Source: Pseudomonas aeruginosa PAO1 (GTDB lineage Bacteria; Pseudomonadota; Gammaproteobacteria; Pseudomonadales; Pseudomonadaceae). Taken from it: a stretch of DNA of 64,000 nucleotides. The notes beneath the pieces were generated by a model, which was given only the letters and a program-made list of their open reading frames with translations, was not told where the DNA came from and searched no databases. The stretch's first letter is position 1. Each line of letters starts with the position of its first letter. This document shows, piece by piece, positions 37,038 to 61,298 of this stretch. Location: assembly GCF_000006765.1 (NCBI RefSeq), contig NC_002516.2. One strand, 5' to 3'. The position numbers were made by a program, and so were the translations under genes.

Positions 37038-38012
37038 ATGGGACAGTTGATCGATGGCCGCTGGCACGACCAGTGGTATGACACACAGAAAGACGGCCGC
37101 TTCCAGCGCGAAAACGCCCAGCGCCGCCATTGGCTGGGCGAGCCGGCGTTCCCCGCCGAGGGCGGGCGCTACCATCTCTATGTCTCGCTGGCCTGCCCCT
37201 GGGCCCATCGGACCCTGATCGTGCGCAAGCTGAAGGGGCTGGAGTCGCTGGTCGATGTTTCGGTGGTCAGTTGGCTGATGCGCGAGAACGGCTGGACCTT
37301 CGACCCCGCCCACGGCTCCACCGGCGATCGCCTCGACGGCCTGGCCTTTCTGCACCAGCGCTACACCCGCGACGACCCGCACTACAGCGGCCGGGTCACG
37401 GTGCCGCTGCTGTGGGACAAGCAGGCGCAGAAGATCGTCAACAACGAATCAGCCGATATCGTCCGCATCTTCAACAGCGCCTTCGACGCCATCGGCGCCA
37501 ACGCGCTGGACTTCTACCCGGAGCCGCTGCGCGAGGAGATCGAACGCCTCAACGGACGCATCTATCCTGCGGTCAACAACGGCGTGTACCGTGCTGGCTT
37601 CGCCACTCGCCAGGACGCCTACGAGGAGGCCTTCGTCCAGTTGTTCGAGGAGCTGGACTACCTGGAAGGCTTGCTCGGCGAACGCCGCTACCTGGCCGGC
37701 GAATACCTGACCGAGGCCGATATCCGCCTGTTCACCACCCTGGTGCGCTTCGATGCGGTGTACCACGGACACTTCAAGTGCAACCTGCGGCGCATCGAAG
37801 ACTACCCGAATCTCTCCGGCTGGTTGCGCGAGCTGTACCAACGCCCGGGCATCGGCGAGACAGTGGACTTCGAACATATCAAGGGGCACTACTACGCCAG
37901 CCACCGCACCATCAACCCGACCGGGATAGTACCGCTGGGCCCGCGTCTCGACCTGGCGCGCGCGCCAGGCCGGGAACGACTTCCCGGCAAGGGCATCTGG
38001 GGAGAAGGCTGA
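37038..38012 (+). CDS. Glutathionyl-hydroquinone reductase (YqjG/omega-like GST; PA2610-like)
   Basis: YHLYVSLACPWAHR, RVTVPLLWDK, VNNGVYRAGFA. Confidence 0.93.
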   Translation: MGQLIDGRWHDQWYDTQKDGRFQRENAQRRHWLGEPAFPAEGGRYHLYVSLACPWAHRTLIVRKLKGLESLVDVSVVSWLMRENGWTFDPAHGSTGDRLDGLAFLHQRYTRDDPHYSGRVTVPLLWDKQAQKIVNNESADIVRIFNSAFDAIGANALDFYPEPLREEIERLNGRIYPAVNNGVYRAGFATRQDAYEEAFVQLFEELDYLEGLLGERRYLAGEYLTEADIRLFTTLVRFDAVYHGHFKCNLRRIEDYPNLSGWLRELYQRPGIGETVDFEHIKGHYYASHRTINPTGIVPLGPRLDLARAPGRERLPGKGIWGEG

Positions 38013-38016
38013 AGGC

Positions 38017-39414
38017 TCAGGCGTCCTCGCGGGCGCCTTCGAACCAGGCCAGCTTGTCGCGCAGTTGCACGACTTCGCCGACGATCACCAGGGTCGGCGC
38101 ATGCACTTCGTGCTCAGCCACCAGTTGCGGCAGGTTTTCCAGGGTTCCGGTGAATACCCGCTGCTGGGCGGTGGTCCCCTGCTGGATCAGCGCCGCCGGG
38201 GTCTGTGCGGAGCGACCGTGGGCGACCAGTTGCTCGCAGATCACCGGCAATCCCACCAGGCCCATGTAGAACACCAGGGTCTGGCCAGGCGCTACCAGGT
38301 CCTGCCACGGCAGGTCGGTGGTGCCGTCCTTCAGATGACCGGTGACGAAACGAACCGATTGCGCATGATCGCGATGAGTCAGTGGAATCCCGGCGTAGGC
38401 CGCGCAGCCGCTGGCCGCGGTGATTCCCGGCACGACCTGGAAAGGTATGCCGTGGGCAGCCAGTTCGTCGATTTCCTCACCGCCGCGGCCGAAGATGAAC
38501 GGGTCGCCACCCTTCAGGCGCAGCACGCGCTTGCCCTGGCTGGCCAGCTCCACCAGCAGGCGGTTGATCCGATCCTGCGGCACCGCATGTTCGGCGCGGC
38601 GCTTGCCGACGTACAGGCGTTCGGCATCGCGGCGGCATAATTCGAGGATCGACGGCGCCACCAGGCGATCGTAGAGCACCACGTCGGCCTGCTGCATCAG
38701 GCGCAGGGCACGGAACGTCAGCAGGTCCGGATCCCCCGGCCCGGCCCCGACCAGATATACCTCGCCCGTGGCTATGTGCGCGAGGCCGCCGGCCAGGTGC
38801 TCCTCCAGGAGACGCTCGGCTTCCGCCGGACGGCCGGCCAGGACACGCTCGGCGATCTCGCCCTGGAACAGGTTTTCCCAGAACACCCGGCGCTGCTGCA
38901 GGTCGGGTAGCAATTCCTTGACCCGGTGGCGGAAGCGGCTGGCGAGTCCGGCCAGTTGCCCGTAGGTCGAGGGAATCCAGGTTTCCAGCTTGGCCCGGAT
39001 CAGCCGCGCCAGCACGGGCGCATCGCCGCCGCTGGAGACCGCCACCACCAGCGGCGAACGGTCGACGATGGCCGGGAAGATCACGCTGCACAGGGCCGGC
39101 GCGTCCACCACGTTGACCGGTATCCCGCGCGCATTGGCCGCTCGCGACACCTCGGCGTTCAGCGGTTCGTCGTCGGTGGCGGCGATGATCAGGGCGCAGC
39201 CGGGCTGGTCGCCGTCCTGGTAGTCGCGTTCGAGCAGCTCGCCGCCGCCCTGCTCCACCAGATGCCGCAGTTCGATGTGGATCTGCGGCGCGACCACGCG
39301 CAGGCGCGCGCCGGCGTCGGCCAGCAGGCGCGCCTTGCGCAGGGCGACTTCGCCGCCGCCGACCACCAGCGCGAGGCGCCCTTGCAAGGAGTGGAACAGC
39401 GGCAGGAAATCCAT
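38017..39414 (-). CDS. cysG: Siroheme synthase
   Basis: [37 protein letters not shown]. Confidence 0.97.
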   Translation of the reverse strand: MDFLPLFHSLQGRLALVVGGGEVALRKARLLADAGARLRVVAPQIHIELRHLVEQGGGELLERDYQDGDQPGCALIIAATDDEPLNAEVSRAANARGIPVNVVDAPALCSVIFPAIVDRSPLVVAVSSGGDAPVLARLIRAKLETWIPSTYGQLAGLASRFRHRVKELLPDLQQRRVFWENLFQGEIAERVLAGRPAEAERLLEEHLAGGLAHIATGEVYLVGAGPGDPDLLTFRALRLMQQADVVLYDRLVAPSILELCRRDAERLYVGKRRAEHAVPQDRINRLLVELASQGKRVLRLKGGDPFIFGRGGEEIDELAAHGIPFQVVPGITAASGCAAYAGIPLTHRDHAQSVRFVTGHLKDGTTDLPWQDLVAPGQTLVFYMGLVGLPVICEQLVAHGRSAQTPAALIQQGTTAQQRVFTGTLENLPQLVAEHEVHAPTLVIVGEVVQLRDKLAWFEGAREDA

Positions 39415-39415
39415 G

Positions 39416-42143
<2,728 letters not shown>

Positions 42144-42152
42144 GGCTTGCGC

Positions 42153-42779
42153 TTACTCCTGGATCACGTCGACGCCCGGCGGAACGTCGAAGGTGAATTG
42201 CTTGGCATCCAGCGCCTCGTTCATCTTCACGTCGAAGAACAGGATGTTGGTGCGCTGGCCGACGCCATCGATCATCTGCATGTCGTTCACCTTGCCGCTG
42301 CGGAACGACAGGCGCAAGGTGTCGAAGAGGGTGTCCTTGGTCTTCGGCTTGAGCACGAAATCGACTACGTTGCCGCCTTCCTTGTAGGTGATGGCGAAGC
42401 TTTCGCTGATCTTCGAGATGTCGCCGGAGAGCAGCAGCGCCGGCGTCTGGGTCAGGCGCTGATCGAGCTTCTGGATGGTCACCTGCTCCAGGTCCGGGTC
42501 GTACAGCCAGACCTTCTCGCCGTTGGAAATGAGCAATTGCTCGTTCGGCGCATCGGTATGCCAGCGGAACAGTCCCGGCCGCTTCAGGCTCAGTTGGCCG
42601 GCGGTTTCCTGCAGGCGCGTGCCGCTACCGTCCAGGGTCAGCTGGGAAAAACGCGCGGTCAGGGTCTGGGCCTTGTTCAGCAGGCCGGTCAGGCGCTGGA
42701 CGGCGGCGCTGTCGTCGGCATGGGCCAGCGAAGCGCCCATGGCCAGGGCGGCAACGAACAACGTGCGGATCAGTCGCAT
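42153..42779 (-). CDS. lolA: Outer-membrane lipoprotein chaperone
   Basis: [26 protein letters not shown]. Confidence 0.96.
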
Positions 42780-42804
42780 CGGAATCCTCTAAAACCTGTC
42801 GGGT

Positions 42805-45240
42805 TCAATCACGAACCGGCGCCGGCGCGATGACTTCGCGGGAGCCGTTGGTATTCATCGGGGTGACCACGCCGGCCATCTCCATCGCCTCGATCATCCG
42901 CGCGGCGCGGTTGTAGCCGATCTTCAGCTTGCGTTGCACGGCGGAGATCGATGCCCGGCGACTCTCGGTGACGAAACGTACCGCCTCGTCGTAGAGCGGG
43001 TCGTCCTCGCTGCCTTCGCCGGAGCCGTCGCCGCCATCGAAGGAACCGCCACCGCCGCCGCCTTCGTCGACGCCAGCGAGGATGTCCTCGATGTAGTCGG
43101 GCGCGCCGCGCAGCTTCCAGGCCTCGACCACCCGGTGCACCTCGTCGTCGGAAACGAAGGCGCCGTGTACGCGAATCGGCAGGCCTGTGCCCGGCGGCAG
43201 GTAGAGCATGTCGCCGTGGCCGAGCAGTTGTTCGGCGCCCCCCTGGTCGAGGATGGTGCGCGAGTCGATCTTGCTGGAGACCTGGAAGGCGATCCGGGTC
43301 GGAATGTTGGCCTTGATCAGGCCGGTGATCACGTCCACCGACGGCCGCTGGGTCGCCAGGATCAGGTGGATACCGGCCGCCCGCGCCTTCTGCGCGATAC
43401 GGGCGATAAGCTCCTCGACCTTCTTGCCGACGATCATCATCATGTCGGCGAATTCGTCGACCACCACCACGATGGTCGGCAGGGTGCTCAGCTGCGGCGG
43501 CTCGTCGTCCGGGCTTTCGCGACGGAACAGCGGGTCGGTCAGCGGCGTGCCGGCCTCCTCGGCGTCCTTCACCTTGCGGTTGAAGCCAGCCAGGTTGCGC
43601 ACGCCCATGGCCGCCATCAGGCGGTAGCGCCGCTCCATCTCCGCCACGCTCCAGCGCAGGGCGTTGGCGGCTTCCTTCATGTCGGTGACCACCGGGCAGA
43701 GCAGGTGCGGGATCCCTTCGTAGATCGACAGTTCGAGCATCTTCGGGTCGATCATGATCAGTCGCGCCTCACTCGGCGTGGACTTGAACAGGATCGACAG
43801 GAGCATGGCGTTGACCCCCACCGACTTACCGGAGCCGGTGGTACCGGCCACCAGCAGGTGCGGCATCTTCGCCAGGTCGGTGATGATCGGCCGACCGCCG
43901 ATGTCGTGGCCCAGGGCCAGCGGCACGGTGGACTTGTGCTCGTCGTACTCCGGCGACGACAGCACTTCGGAGAAGCGCACCATCTGCCGGTCTTCGTTGG
44001 GAATCTCGATGCCGACAGTGGTCTTGCCGGGAATCACTTCCACCACCCGCACGCTGATCACCGCCAGCGAGCGCGCCAGGTCCTTGGCCAGGTTGGAAAT
44101 GCGGCTGACCTTGACCCCCGCCGCGGGCTGGATCTCGAAACGGGTGATCACGGGGCCCGGATGCACCGAGTCCACGCTGACCTCGACGCCGAACTCCTTC
44201 AGCTTGATCTCCAGCAGGCGCGACATCGCCTCCAGCGACTCGGGCGAGTAGCTCTTCTGCTTCACTTCCGCCGGGTCGAGCAGCGACAGCGGCGGCAGGG
44301 TGCCCTCCACCGCCGTATCGACGAACAGCGGCGCCTGCTTCTCTTTCAGCACGCGCTTGCTCGGCTCCGGGGCCTTCGGCGACGGTGGCGGATCGATCTT
44401 CGGCGGCGGGCGCTTCTCCCGCTCGCTCATGTGCTTGGCCAGGGCCTCTTCGCGTTCCAGCAGGCGCTCCTTGGCCTTGGACTGTTCGCGGCGGTCCGGC
44501 ACGCTCGGCGCCACCACCTCGGCGACGCGCTCGTCGACCTCGCGCAGTTGCGCGACCAGTTGCTTGCGCTCGGCGCGCGCGCCCATCCAGCGATTGAAGG
44601 CGTTCTGGATCAGTTCGAAGAAGTCCAGGGTGATCTTGCCGGTGACATCCATCACCTTGAACCAGGAGAGGTCGGCGAACACCGTCAGGCCGAAGAGGAA
44701 CAGGGCGAAGAACACCAGCGTGCTGCCCTGCACGTTCAGCGCATCCACCGCGACGCGGCCCAGGCTCTGGCCGATGGCGCCGCCGGCCGAGGCGCTGGCC
44801 GGCATGTGGCCGCTGGCGTGGAAATGGATGTAGGCCAGTGCCGAGCCGGCCAGGATCAGGAAGATCAGCCCGACCAGGCGCCAGGAAAACAGCCAGGTGT
44901 TCCATTCCCACGGCAGGTTGCGGCGGCGGAATACCTGCCAGGTCTTGATGCCCAGCAACAGCGGAAAGAGGTAGGCGAAGTAGCCGAGCGTCATGAACAG
45001 GATATCGGCGGATACCGCACCGAGCCGACCGGCGGCATTCTGCACCTGGTCAACCTGGCTCGAGTGACTCCAGCTCGGATCGGCCGAGTCATAGGTGAGC
45101 AGAGCCATCCACAAGTAGAGGCAGAGCGCGCCCAGCGCGATCAGGACCCCTTCCTTCAGGCGGGAATGCAGTTGCTGACGCCATGCGGCGGCATGGCTCG
45201 CGGTGGTCGAATCCTTCAAATCGCTATTTTTCCTGCGCAC
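42805..45240 (-). CDS. ftsK: DNA translocase FtsK
   Basis: N-terminal TM segments, [20 protein letters not shown], gamma domain [13 protein letters not shown]; GTG start 45240. Confidence 0.97.
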   Translation of the reverse strand: MRRKNSDLKDSTTASHAAAWRQQLHSRLKEGVLIALGALCLYLWMALLTYDSADPSWSHSSQVDQVQNAAGRLGAVSADILFMTLGYFAYLFPLLLGIKTWQVFRRRNLPWEWNTWLFSWRLVGLIFLILAGSALAYIHFHASGHMPASASAGGAIGQSLGRVAVDALNVQGSTLVFFALFLFGLTVFADLSWFKVMDVTGKITLDFFELIQNAFNRWMGARAERKQLVAQLREVDERVAEVVAPSVPDRREQSKAKERLLEREEALAKHMSEREKRPPPKIDPPPSPKAPEPSKRVLKEKQAPLFVDTAVEGTLPPLSLLDPAEVKQKSYSPESLEAMSRLLEIKLKEFGVEVSVDSVHPGPVITRFEIQPAAGVKVSRISNLAKDLARSLAVISVRVVEVIPGKTTVGIEIPNEDRQMVRFSEVLSSPEYDEHKSTVPLALGHDIGGRPIITDLAKMPHLLVAGTTGSGKSVGVNAMLLSILFKSTPSEARLIMIDPKMLELSIYEGIPHLLCPVVTDMKEAANALRWSVAEMERRYRLMAAMGVRNLAGFNRKVKDAEEAGTPLTDPLFRRESPDDEPPQLSTLPTIVVVVDEFADMMMIVGKKVEELIARIAQKARAAGIHLILATQRPSVDVITGLIKANIPTRIAFQVSSKIDSRTILDQGGAEQLLGHGDMLYLPPGTGLPIRVHGAFVSDDEVHRVVEAWKLRGAPDYIEDILAGVDEGGGGGGSFDGGDGSGEGSEDDPLYDEAVRFVTESRRASISAVQRKLKIGYNRAARMIEAMEMAGVVTPMNTNGSREVIAPAPVRD

Positions 45241-45389
45241 GGCTGGTGCTTTAGAAGCTGTCTTGGTCAAAACGCGCCTATTGTACGGCTTTAGGGAAAC
45301 TCTGAAAAATCACACCCGAAATCAGCGGCAATCCGTGCGTGGCTGATCCCGGCCCCGGGGTTTTGCCGGCCTTTTGCGGATAGGTGTAG

Positions 45390-46418
<1,029 letters not shown>

Positions 46419-46455
46419 TCGGACCCGGGGGAGGCCCGCCCTCCCCTACCCCGCC

Positions 46456-47136
46456 ATGCTGACCTGGCTTTCCCGCACCGACTTCGACTTTCCACCCCTC
46501 GACAAGGCCCTGCAGGAGCCCAACGGGCTGCTCGCGGCCGGCGGCGACCTCAATCCGCAACGCCTGGTCGCAGCCTATCGCCACGGCTGCTTCCCCTGGT
46601 ACCAGGATGGCCAGCCGATCCTCTGGTGGTCGCCCGACCCGCGCACCGTCCTGTTCCCCGACGAACTGCACGTTTCCCGCAGCCTGGCCAAGTGCCTGCG
46701 CCAGCAACGCTTCGAAGTCACTTTCAACCGTGACTTCCGGGCGGTGATCCAGGCTTGTGCCGCGCCGCGTAACTACGCCGACGGCACCTGGATCACCACG
46801 CCGATGCAACTGGCCTACCAGGAGCTGCACCTGCGCGGCATCGCCCACTCCGTGGAAGTCTGGCAGGAGCGACAACTGGTCGGCGGCCTCTACGGCCTGG
46901 CCATGGGCAGGCTGTTCTTCGGCGAATCGATGTTCAGCCGCGCCGACAACGCTTCCAAGGTCGGCTTCGTCACGCTGGTCCGCCATCTGCGCGACGCCGG
47001 CTTCGTCCTCATCGACTGCCAGATGCCGACCCGCCACCTGCACAGCCTGGGCGCCCGCGCCATCAGCCGGGGGGAATTCGCCGACTACCTGCAACGCTAT
47101 CGCGACCAGCCTCCTACCGGCGACCTGGATTTTTAG
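46456..47136 (+). CDS. aat: Leucyl/phenylalanyl-tRNA--protein transferase
   Basis: [31 protein letters not shown]. Confidence 0.96.
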   Translation: MLTWLSRTDFDFPPLDKALQEPNGLLAAGGDLNPQRLVAAYRHGCFPWYQDGQPILWWSPDPRTVLFPDELHVSRSLAKCLRQQRFEVTFNRDFRAVIQACAAPRNYADGTWITTPMQLAYQELHLRGIAHSVEVWQERQLVGGLYGLAMGRLFFGESMFSRADNASKVGFVTLVRHLRDAGFVLIDCQMPTRHLHSLGARAISRGEFADYLQRYRDQPPTGDLDF

Positions 47137-47190
47137 GCGAGTTTCCGTGCCTGGCATAAACTTGCTTATGGGTCCCTGCTGGAGTTCACC

Positions 47191-47898
47191 ATGACCGAAC
47201 TCGCCCGACTGAAGTTCTACGCGACGCAACCGCACCCGTGCAGCTACCTGCCCGAGGAGCAGGCAACCACCCTGTTCCTCGATCCCAGCCAGCCCATGGA
47301 CACGCAGCTGTACGCCTCGCTGTCGGAGGTCGGCTTCCGCCGCAGCGGCGACCATCTCTATCGTCCGCACTGCCAGCATTGCACCGCCTGCATCGCCGCG
47401 CGCATACCGGTCGCCGACTTCAGCCCGAACCGCCAGCAGCGGCGCATCCTCAAGCGCAATGCGGAACTGCAGGTGATCCGCAAGCGACCGAGCTTCAACG
47501 AGGAGTACTACGACCTCTATCGGCGCTACATCGAGCAACGCCACGCCGACGGCGACATGTATCCGCCCAGCCGCGACCAGTTCGCCACCTTCCTGGTCCG
47601 CGACCTGCCCTTCTGCTGCTTCTTCGAGTTCCGCCTGCATGGCCGCCTGCTGGCCATAGCCGTGACGGACGTGCTGCCGAACGGACTCTCGGCCGTCTAT
47701 ACCTTCTACGATCCCGACGAAGAGCAGCGCAGCCTGGGACGCTACGCGATCCTCTGGCAGATCGCCGAGACCGAACGCCTGGGCCTGCAGGCCGTCTACC
47801 TGGGCTACTGGATCAAGAATTGCCGCAAGATGAACTACAAGACCCAGTACCGGCCCATCGAACTGTTCGTCAACCAGCGCTGGGTCGCCCTCACCTGA
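47191..47898 (+). CDS. bpt: ATE1-like aminoacyl-tRNA--protein transferase (bacterial Bpt, Asp/Glu leucyltransferase)
   Basis: [37 protein letters not shown]. Confidence 0.9.
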
Positions 47899-48002
47899 TA
47901 GCCGTGTGGCGCTATTGTCGATTTTCTGGCACAATGCACGCCGCTTTTCACGGCCCACCTCTCATTGAAAGGGCCACCCATAGATACCGAGGGCTCTACT
48001 GC

Positions 48003-48221
48003 ATGTCGAAAGAAGACAGCTTCGAAATGGAAGGTACTGTCGTCGACACCCTGCCCAACACCATGTTCCGTGTGGAGTTGGAAAATGGGCACGTCGTCAC
48101 CGCGCACATCTCCGGCAAAATGCGCAAGAACTACATCCGCATCCTCACCGGCGACAAGGTCCGCGTGGAACTGACGCCCTACGACCTGAGCAAGGGCCGC
48201 ATCACCTACCGCGCCCGCTGA
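48003..48221 (+). CDS. infA: Translation initiation factor IF-1
   Basis: [11 protein letters not shown]...[19 protein letters not shown]. Confidence 0.98.
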
Positions 48222-48258
48222 GTCGACACGAGCCGCTGCGGCTCGCCGATTGCAAAAG

Positions 48259-48286
48259 AAAACGCCCGGCATCTGCCGGGCGTTTT
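48259..48286. terminator. Bidirectional terminator between infA and clpA
   Basis: AAAACGCCCGGCA-TC-TGCCGGGCGTTTT. Confidence 0.9.
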
Positions 48287-48302
48287 CGTTGCCGCGCTCG
48301 GA

Positions 48303-50579
<2,277 letters not shown>

Positions 50580-50606
50580 GGCTTCACCTCGCTCCCAAAC
50601 ATCCGA

Positions 50607-51005
<399 letters not shown>

Positions 51006-51200
51006 TTATGGACCGACATGATGTTGATCCGTTTCTCAGGCGTATGGTTCAGCGCCTTGACTAACTGCAAAAGGGTGTTACAAACAATGGAATACCCCTA
51101 CAGGGTATCAGGGGTTCCGCACCCGTCTCGACCCAGGTCGGACGCGGGATCGTAGTGGATGATACTCCAGCGTTGGAGTCCTTTGCAGAGGGATATGAGC

Positions 51201-51473
51201 ATGCTCAGCGGTAAGGTCAAGTGGTTCAACAACGCCAAGGGCTACGGGTTCATCCTGGCCGAGGGCCGAGATGAGGACCTGTTCGCCCATTACTCGGCCA
51301 TTCAGATGGACGGTTACAAGACACTCAAGGCGGGCCAGCCGGTCAATTTCGAGATCATCCAGGGACCGAAGGGACTGCATGCCATCAACATCAGCCCCGC
51401 CACCGCGACAACCGCCGCACCCTCCGCCCCCGCCCCGCAGGAAGAGCCGCAGGCGACGCCCATCGAAGCCTGA
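51201..51473 (+). CDS. cspD: Cold-shock domain protein CspD
   Basis: [24 protein letters not shown]; divergent from clpS. Confidence 0.95.
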   Translation: MLSGKVKWFNNAKGYGFILAEGRDEDLFAHYSAIQMDGYKTLKAGQPVNFEIIQGPKGLHAINISPATATTAAPSAPAPQEEPQATPIEA

Positions 51474-51495
51474 CCCCAGCGCGGATGCGGAAATG

Positions 51496-51523
51496 AAAAA
51501 GGCCGGTGCGAACCGGCCTTTTT
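51496..51523. terminator. Bidirectional terminator between cspD and icd
   Basis: AAAAAGGCCGGT-GCGA-ACCGGCCTTTTT. Confidence 0.9.
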
Positions 51524-51545
51524 CTCGTTCGGGCGCTAGCCCTTC

Positions 51546-52802
<1,257 letters not shown>

Positions 52803-52921
52803 GCTGAACTCCGTGTTGTGGTTAAAACCCTGTTGCAGCCTTCTAGGGTAGCCCAGTTGTCCGCCCGGAAACCACATCTTCCTTAGTCTAAACAGGCGAG
52901 CGCATCAGCCCGGCGAGAGGG

Positions 52922-52930
52922 TGGTATACT
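52922..52930 (+). promoter_or_regulatory. Extended -10 promoter for idh
   Basis: TGGTATACT (TGn-TATACT) ~230 nt upstream of the idh start. Confidence 0.55.
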
Positions 52931-53061
52931 GCGCGCCATGACTTCGCAGTCATCGAGGTCCGAGCAGTCTGGGACCAGACCCTCTCCCCTCGCAGCGTCG
53001 GGTTCGCCACCATGAACCCGCCGTACAACGCTCTACTGGCGCCCCTATATCCCGCGGCATA

Positions 53062-53123
53062 TCTCGATTTCGATTCAACCCGATGTTGAGCGAAGGCATC
53101 GCGTCCACCAACGCGTATCGAGA
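53062..53123 (+). ncRNA. Putative three-way-junction cis-regulatory RNA in the idh leader
   Basis: Pairings TCTCGAT/ATCGAGA, TTCG/CGAA with TCAAC/GTTGA, and CGCGT/ACGCG, found by eye. Confidence 0.4.
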
Positions 53124-53160
53124 CTCTGTGCGCGCCCAGCAAAAAAGAGAGTTACCGTAG

Positions 53161-55386
<2,226 letters not shown>

Positions 55387-55406
55387 TGGCGTCACGCTGA
55401 CGAAGC

Positions 55407-55440
55407 AGAAACCCCGGGCCTACGCTCGGGGTTTCTTTTT
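55407..55440 (+). terminator. Rho-independent terminator of idh
   Basis: AGAAACCCCGGG...CTCGGGGTTTCTTTTT. Confidence 0.85.
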
Positions 55441-55472
55441 ATCGAGGCCTTTTCCGTACCGAGGAGACATCC

Positions 55473-55943
55473 ATGAGCTGGCATCCCCATGTCACCGTAG
55501 CGACCATCGTCGAGGACCAGGGCCGCTTCCTGCTGGTCGAGGAACAGGCCGACGGCCGCGAGGTGCTGAACCAGCCCGCCGGGCACCTGGAGCCCGCCGA
55601 AAGCCTGCTCGAGGCCGCCCTGCGCGAAACCCTCGAGGAAACCGGCTGGGAGGTCGAGCTGAGCGCCGTCACCGGCATCTACCTGTACACCGCGCCGTCC
55701 AACGGTGTCACCTATCAGCGCGTATGCTTCGCCGCCCGCCCCGTGCGCCACCACCCCGAACGCGCCCTCGACGACGGCATCATCGGCCCGCGCTGGCTGA
55801 CCCGCGACGAACTGGCCGCCCAGCCGCAGCGCTGGCGCAGCCACCTGGTGCTGCGCTGCATCGACGACTACCTGGCCGGCGGCCGCTATCCCCTGGCGCT
55901 GATCCGCGACACCCACGTGTCGCCCTCCCTACCCCAGGCCTGA
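55473..55943 (+). CDS. nudJ: Nudix hydrolase, NudJ-like
   Basis: Nudix box GHLEPAESLLEAALRETLEETG; PHVTVA start; upstream of mnmA. Confidence 0.85.
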   Translation: MSWHPHVTVATIVEDQGRFLLVEEQADGREVLNQPAGHLEPAESLLEAALRETLEETGWEVELSAVTGIYLYTAPSNGVTYQRVCFAARPVRHHPERALDDGIIGPRWLTRDELAAQPQRWRSHLVLRCIDDYLAGGRYPLALIRDTHVSPSLPQA

Positions 55944-55986
55944 TAGAATCCGCGTTTTACGAATTCGCCCGTGACGCCTGATCGCT

Positions 55987-57110
55987 ATGTCTGAATCCGC
56001 CCCCACCCCACGCCGCGAGCGCGTGATCGTCGGCATGTCCGGCGGCGTCGACTCGTCCGTCTCCGCCCTGCTCCTGTTGCAGCAGGGCTATCAGGTCGAA
56101 GGCCTGTTCATGAAGAACTGGGACGAGGACGACGGCACCGAATACTGTACCGCCCGCGAGGACCTGGCCGACGCCCAGGCCGTCTGCGACCGGATCGGCA
56201 TCAAGCTGCACACGGCGAACTTCGCCGCGGAATACTGGGATAACGTGTTCGAGCACTTCCTTGCCGAGTACAAGGCCGGCCGTACGCCGAACCCGGACAT
56301 CCTCTGCAACCGCGAAATCAAGTTCAAGGCGTTCCTCGACTACGCGCTGATGCTCGGCGCGGACCTGATCGCCACCGGCCACTATGTGCGGCGCCGCGAC
56401 CGCGACGGGCGCACCGAGCTGCTCAAGGGCCTGGACCCGAACAAGGACCAGAGCTACTTCCTGCACGCGGTGGGCGGCGAGCAGATCGCCCGCAGCCTGT
56501 TCCCCGTCGGCGAACTGGAGAAGCCGGAAGTCCGCGCCATCGCCGAGAAGCATGGCCTCGCCACGGCGAAGAAGAAGGACTCCACGGGCATCTGCTTCAT
56601 TGGCGAGCGACGCTTCACCGATTTCCTCAAGCAGTACCTGCCGGCCCAGCCGGGCGACATCGAGACCACCGAAGGCAAGGTCATCGGTCGCCACAGCGGC
56701 CTGATGTACCACACCATCGGCCAGCGCCAGGGCCTCGGCATCGGCGGTCTCAAGGAAGCCGGCGACGATCCCTGGTACGTGCTCGGCAAGGACCTGCAAC
56801 GCAACGTGCTGCTGGTCGGCCAGGGCAACGACCACCCGCTGCTGTTCTCCCGCGCCCTGCTGGCCTCGCGAATCTACTGGGTCAACCCGGTCGAACTGGA
56901 GCGGCCGCGCCGCCTGCGGGCCAAGGTGCGCTACCGGCAGAGCGACCAGGACTGCGTCCTGGAGAAAACCGCCGAAGGCTACCGCGCGGTGTTCGACGAA
57001 CCGCAGCGCGCAGTGACCCCGGGGCAATCGGTGGTGTTCTACGACGGCGACGTCTGCCTCGGCGGCGGCGTGATCGAAACGGCGGAAGCCTGGGATTTCG
57101 GAGGACGCCC

Positions 57111-57114
<4 letters not shown>
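55987..57114 (+). CDS. mnmA: tRNA 2-thiouridine(34) synthase
   Basis: [37 protein letters not shown]. Confidence 0.98.
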
Positions 57115-60069
<2,955 letters not shown>

Positions 60070-60086
60070 GCACGCAACCCTTTTGC

Positions 60087-60111
60087 ACGCCCGGCTGCGC
60101 CGGGCGTTTTT
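60087..60111 (+). terminator. Terminator-like hairpin after purB
   Basis: ACGCCCGGC-TGC-GCCGGGCGTTTTT. Confidence 0.75.
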
Positions 60112-60128
60112 GTTTCAAGGACTTAACC

Positions 60129-61298
60129 ATGAATGCTGATACTCCCCTGCAACTTCTGGGCGGACTGACCGCTGCCGAATTCCTCCGCGACTACTGGCAG
60201 CGCAAACCGCTGCTGGTCCGCCAGGCGATCCCGGACTTCGAAAGCCCGCTGTCCGCCGACGAGCTGGCCGGGTTGTCGCTGGAGGAGTCGGTGGAATCGC
60301 GCATCGTCCTCGAACACGGGAAAACCCCGTGGGAAATGCGCCGTGGCCCGTTCCAGGAGGAGGACTACCAGCACCTGCCGGAACAGGACTGGACCCTGCT
60401 GGTGCAGGCGGTCGACCAGTTCGTCCCGGAAGTCGCCCAACTGCTGGAGCAATTCCGCTTCCTGCCCAGCTGGCGGATCGACGACGTAATGATCAGCTAC
60501 GCCGCTCCCGGCGGCGGCGTCGGTCCGCACTTCGACAACTACGACGTATTCCTGCTTCAGGGCCACGGACGCCGGCGCTGGAAAGTCGGACAGATGTGCA
60601 GCAGCGACAGCCCGCTGCGCGAGCACGCCGACCTGCGCATCCTCGCCGACTTCGAACAGAGCGACGAGTGGGTCCTGGAGCCCGGCGACATGCTCTACCT
60701 GCCTCCGCGCCTCGCCCACTACGGCATCGCCGAAGACGAGTGCATGACCTACTCGATCGGCTTCCGCGCGCCCAGCGCCGCCGAAGTGCTGACCCATTTC
60801 ACCGACTTCCTCGGCCAGTTCCTCTCCGACGAGGAGCGCTACACCGATGCCGGCCTGCAACCGGTAGGCGACGATCCGCACCAGATCCAGCGCGACGCTC
60901 TGGAGCGCCTGCAGGGCCTGATCCAGGAGCACATGAGCGACGAGCGCCTGCTGCTGACTTGGTTCGGCCAGTTCATGACCGAGCCGCGCTATCCCGAACT
61001 GGTTGCCGGCGAGGAGATCCCCGAAGAGGAGCTGTTCGGCGCCCTCGAGGATGGCGCGCTGCTGGTGCGCAACCCCAGCGCCCGCCTGGCCTGGAGCGAG
61101 ATCGACATCGGCCTGGTGCTGTTCGCCAGCGGCCAGAGCGTACTCCTGCCCGGCCAGCTCAAGGAACTGCTGAAGCTGGTCTGCTCGGCCGATGCGTTGC
61201 ATCTGGAAAACCTCGGCCAATGGCTGGCCGACGACGATGCGCGTAAGCTGTTGGCGGAGTTGGTCAAACAGGGCAGTTTGGAGTTTGCAGATGAATAA
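60129..61298 (+). CDS. roxA: JmjC/cupin 2OG oxygenase, RoxA/YcfD-like (ribosomal protein uL16 Arg hydroxylase)
   Basis: FLRDYWQRKP, WRIDDVMIS, GVGPHFDNYDVFLLQG (HxD), [15 protein letters not shown]. Confidence 0.85.
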   Translation: MNADTPLQLLGGLTAAEFLRDYWQRKPLLVRQAIPDFESPLSADELAGLSLEESVESRIVLEHGKTPWEMRRGPFQEEDYQHLPEQDWTLLVQAVDQFVPEVAQLLEQFRFLPSWRIDDVMISYAAPGGGVGPHFDNYDVFLLQGHGRRRWKVGQMCSSDSPLREHADLRILADFEQSDEWVLEPGDMLYLPPRLAHYGIAEDECMTYSIGFRAPSAAEVLTHFTDFLGQFLSDEERYTDAGLQPVGDDPHQIQRDALERLQGLIQEHMSDERLLLTWFGQFMTEPRYPELVAGEEIPEEELFGALEDGALLVRNPSARLAWSEIDIGLVLFASGQSVLLPGQLKELLKLVCSADALHLENLGQWLADDDARKLLAELVKQGSLEFADE

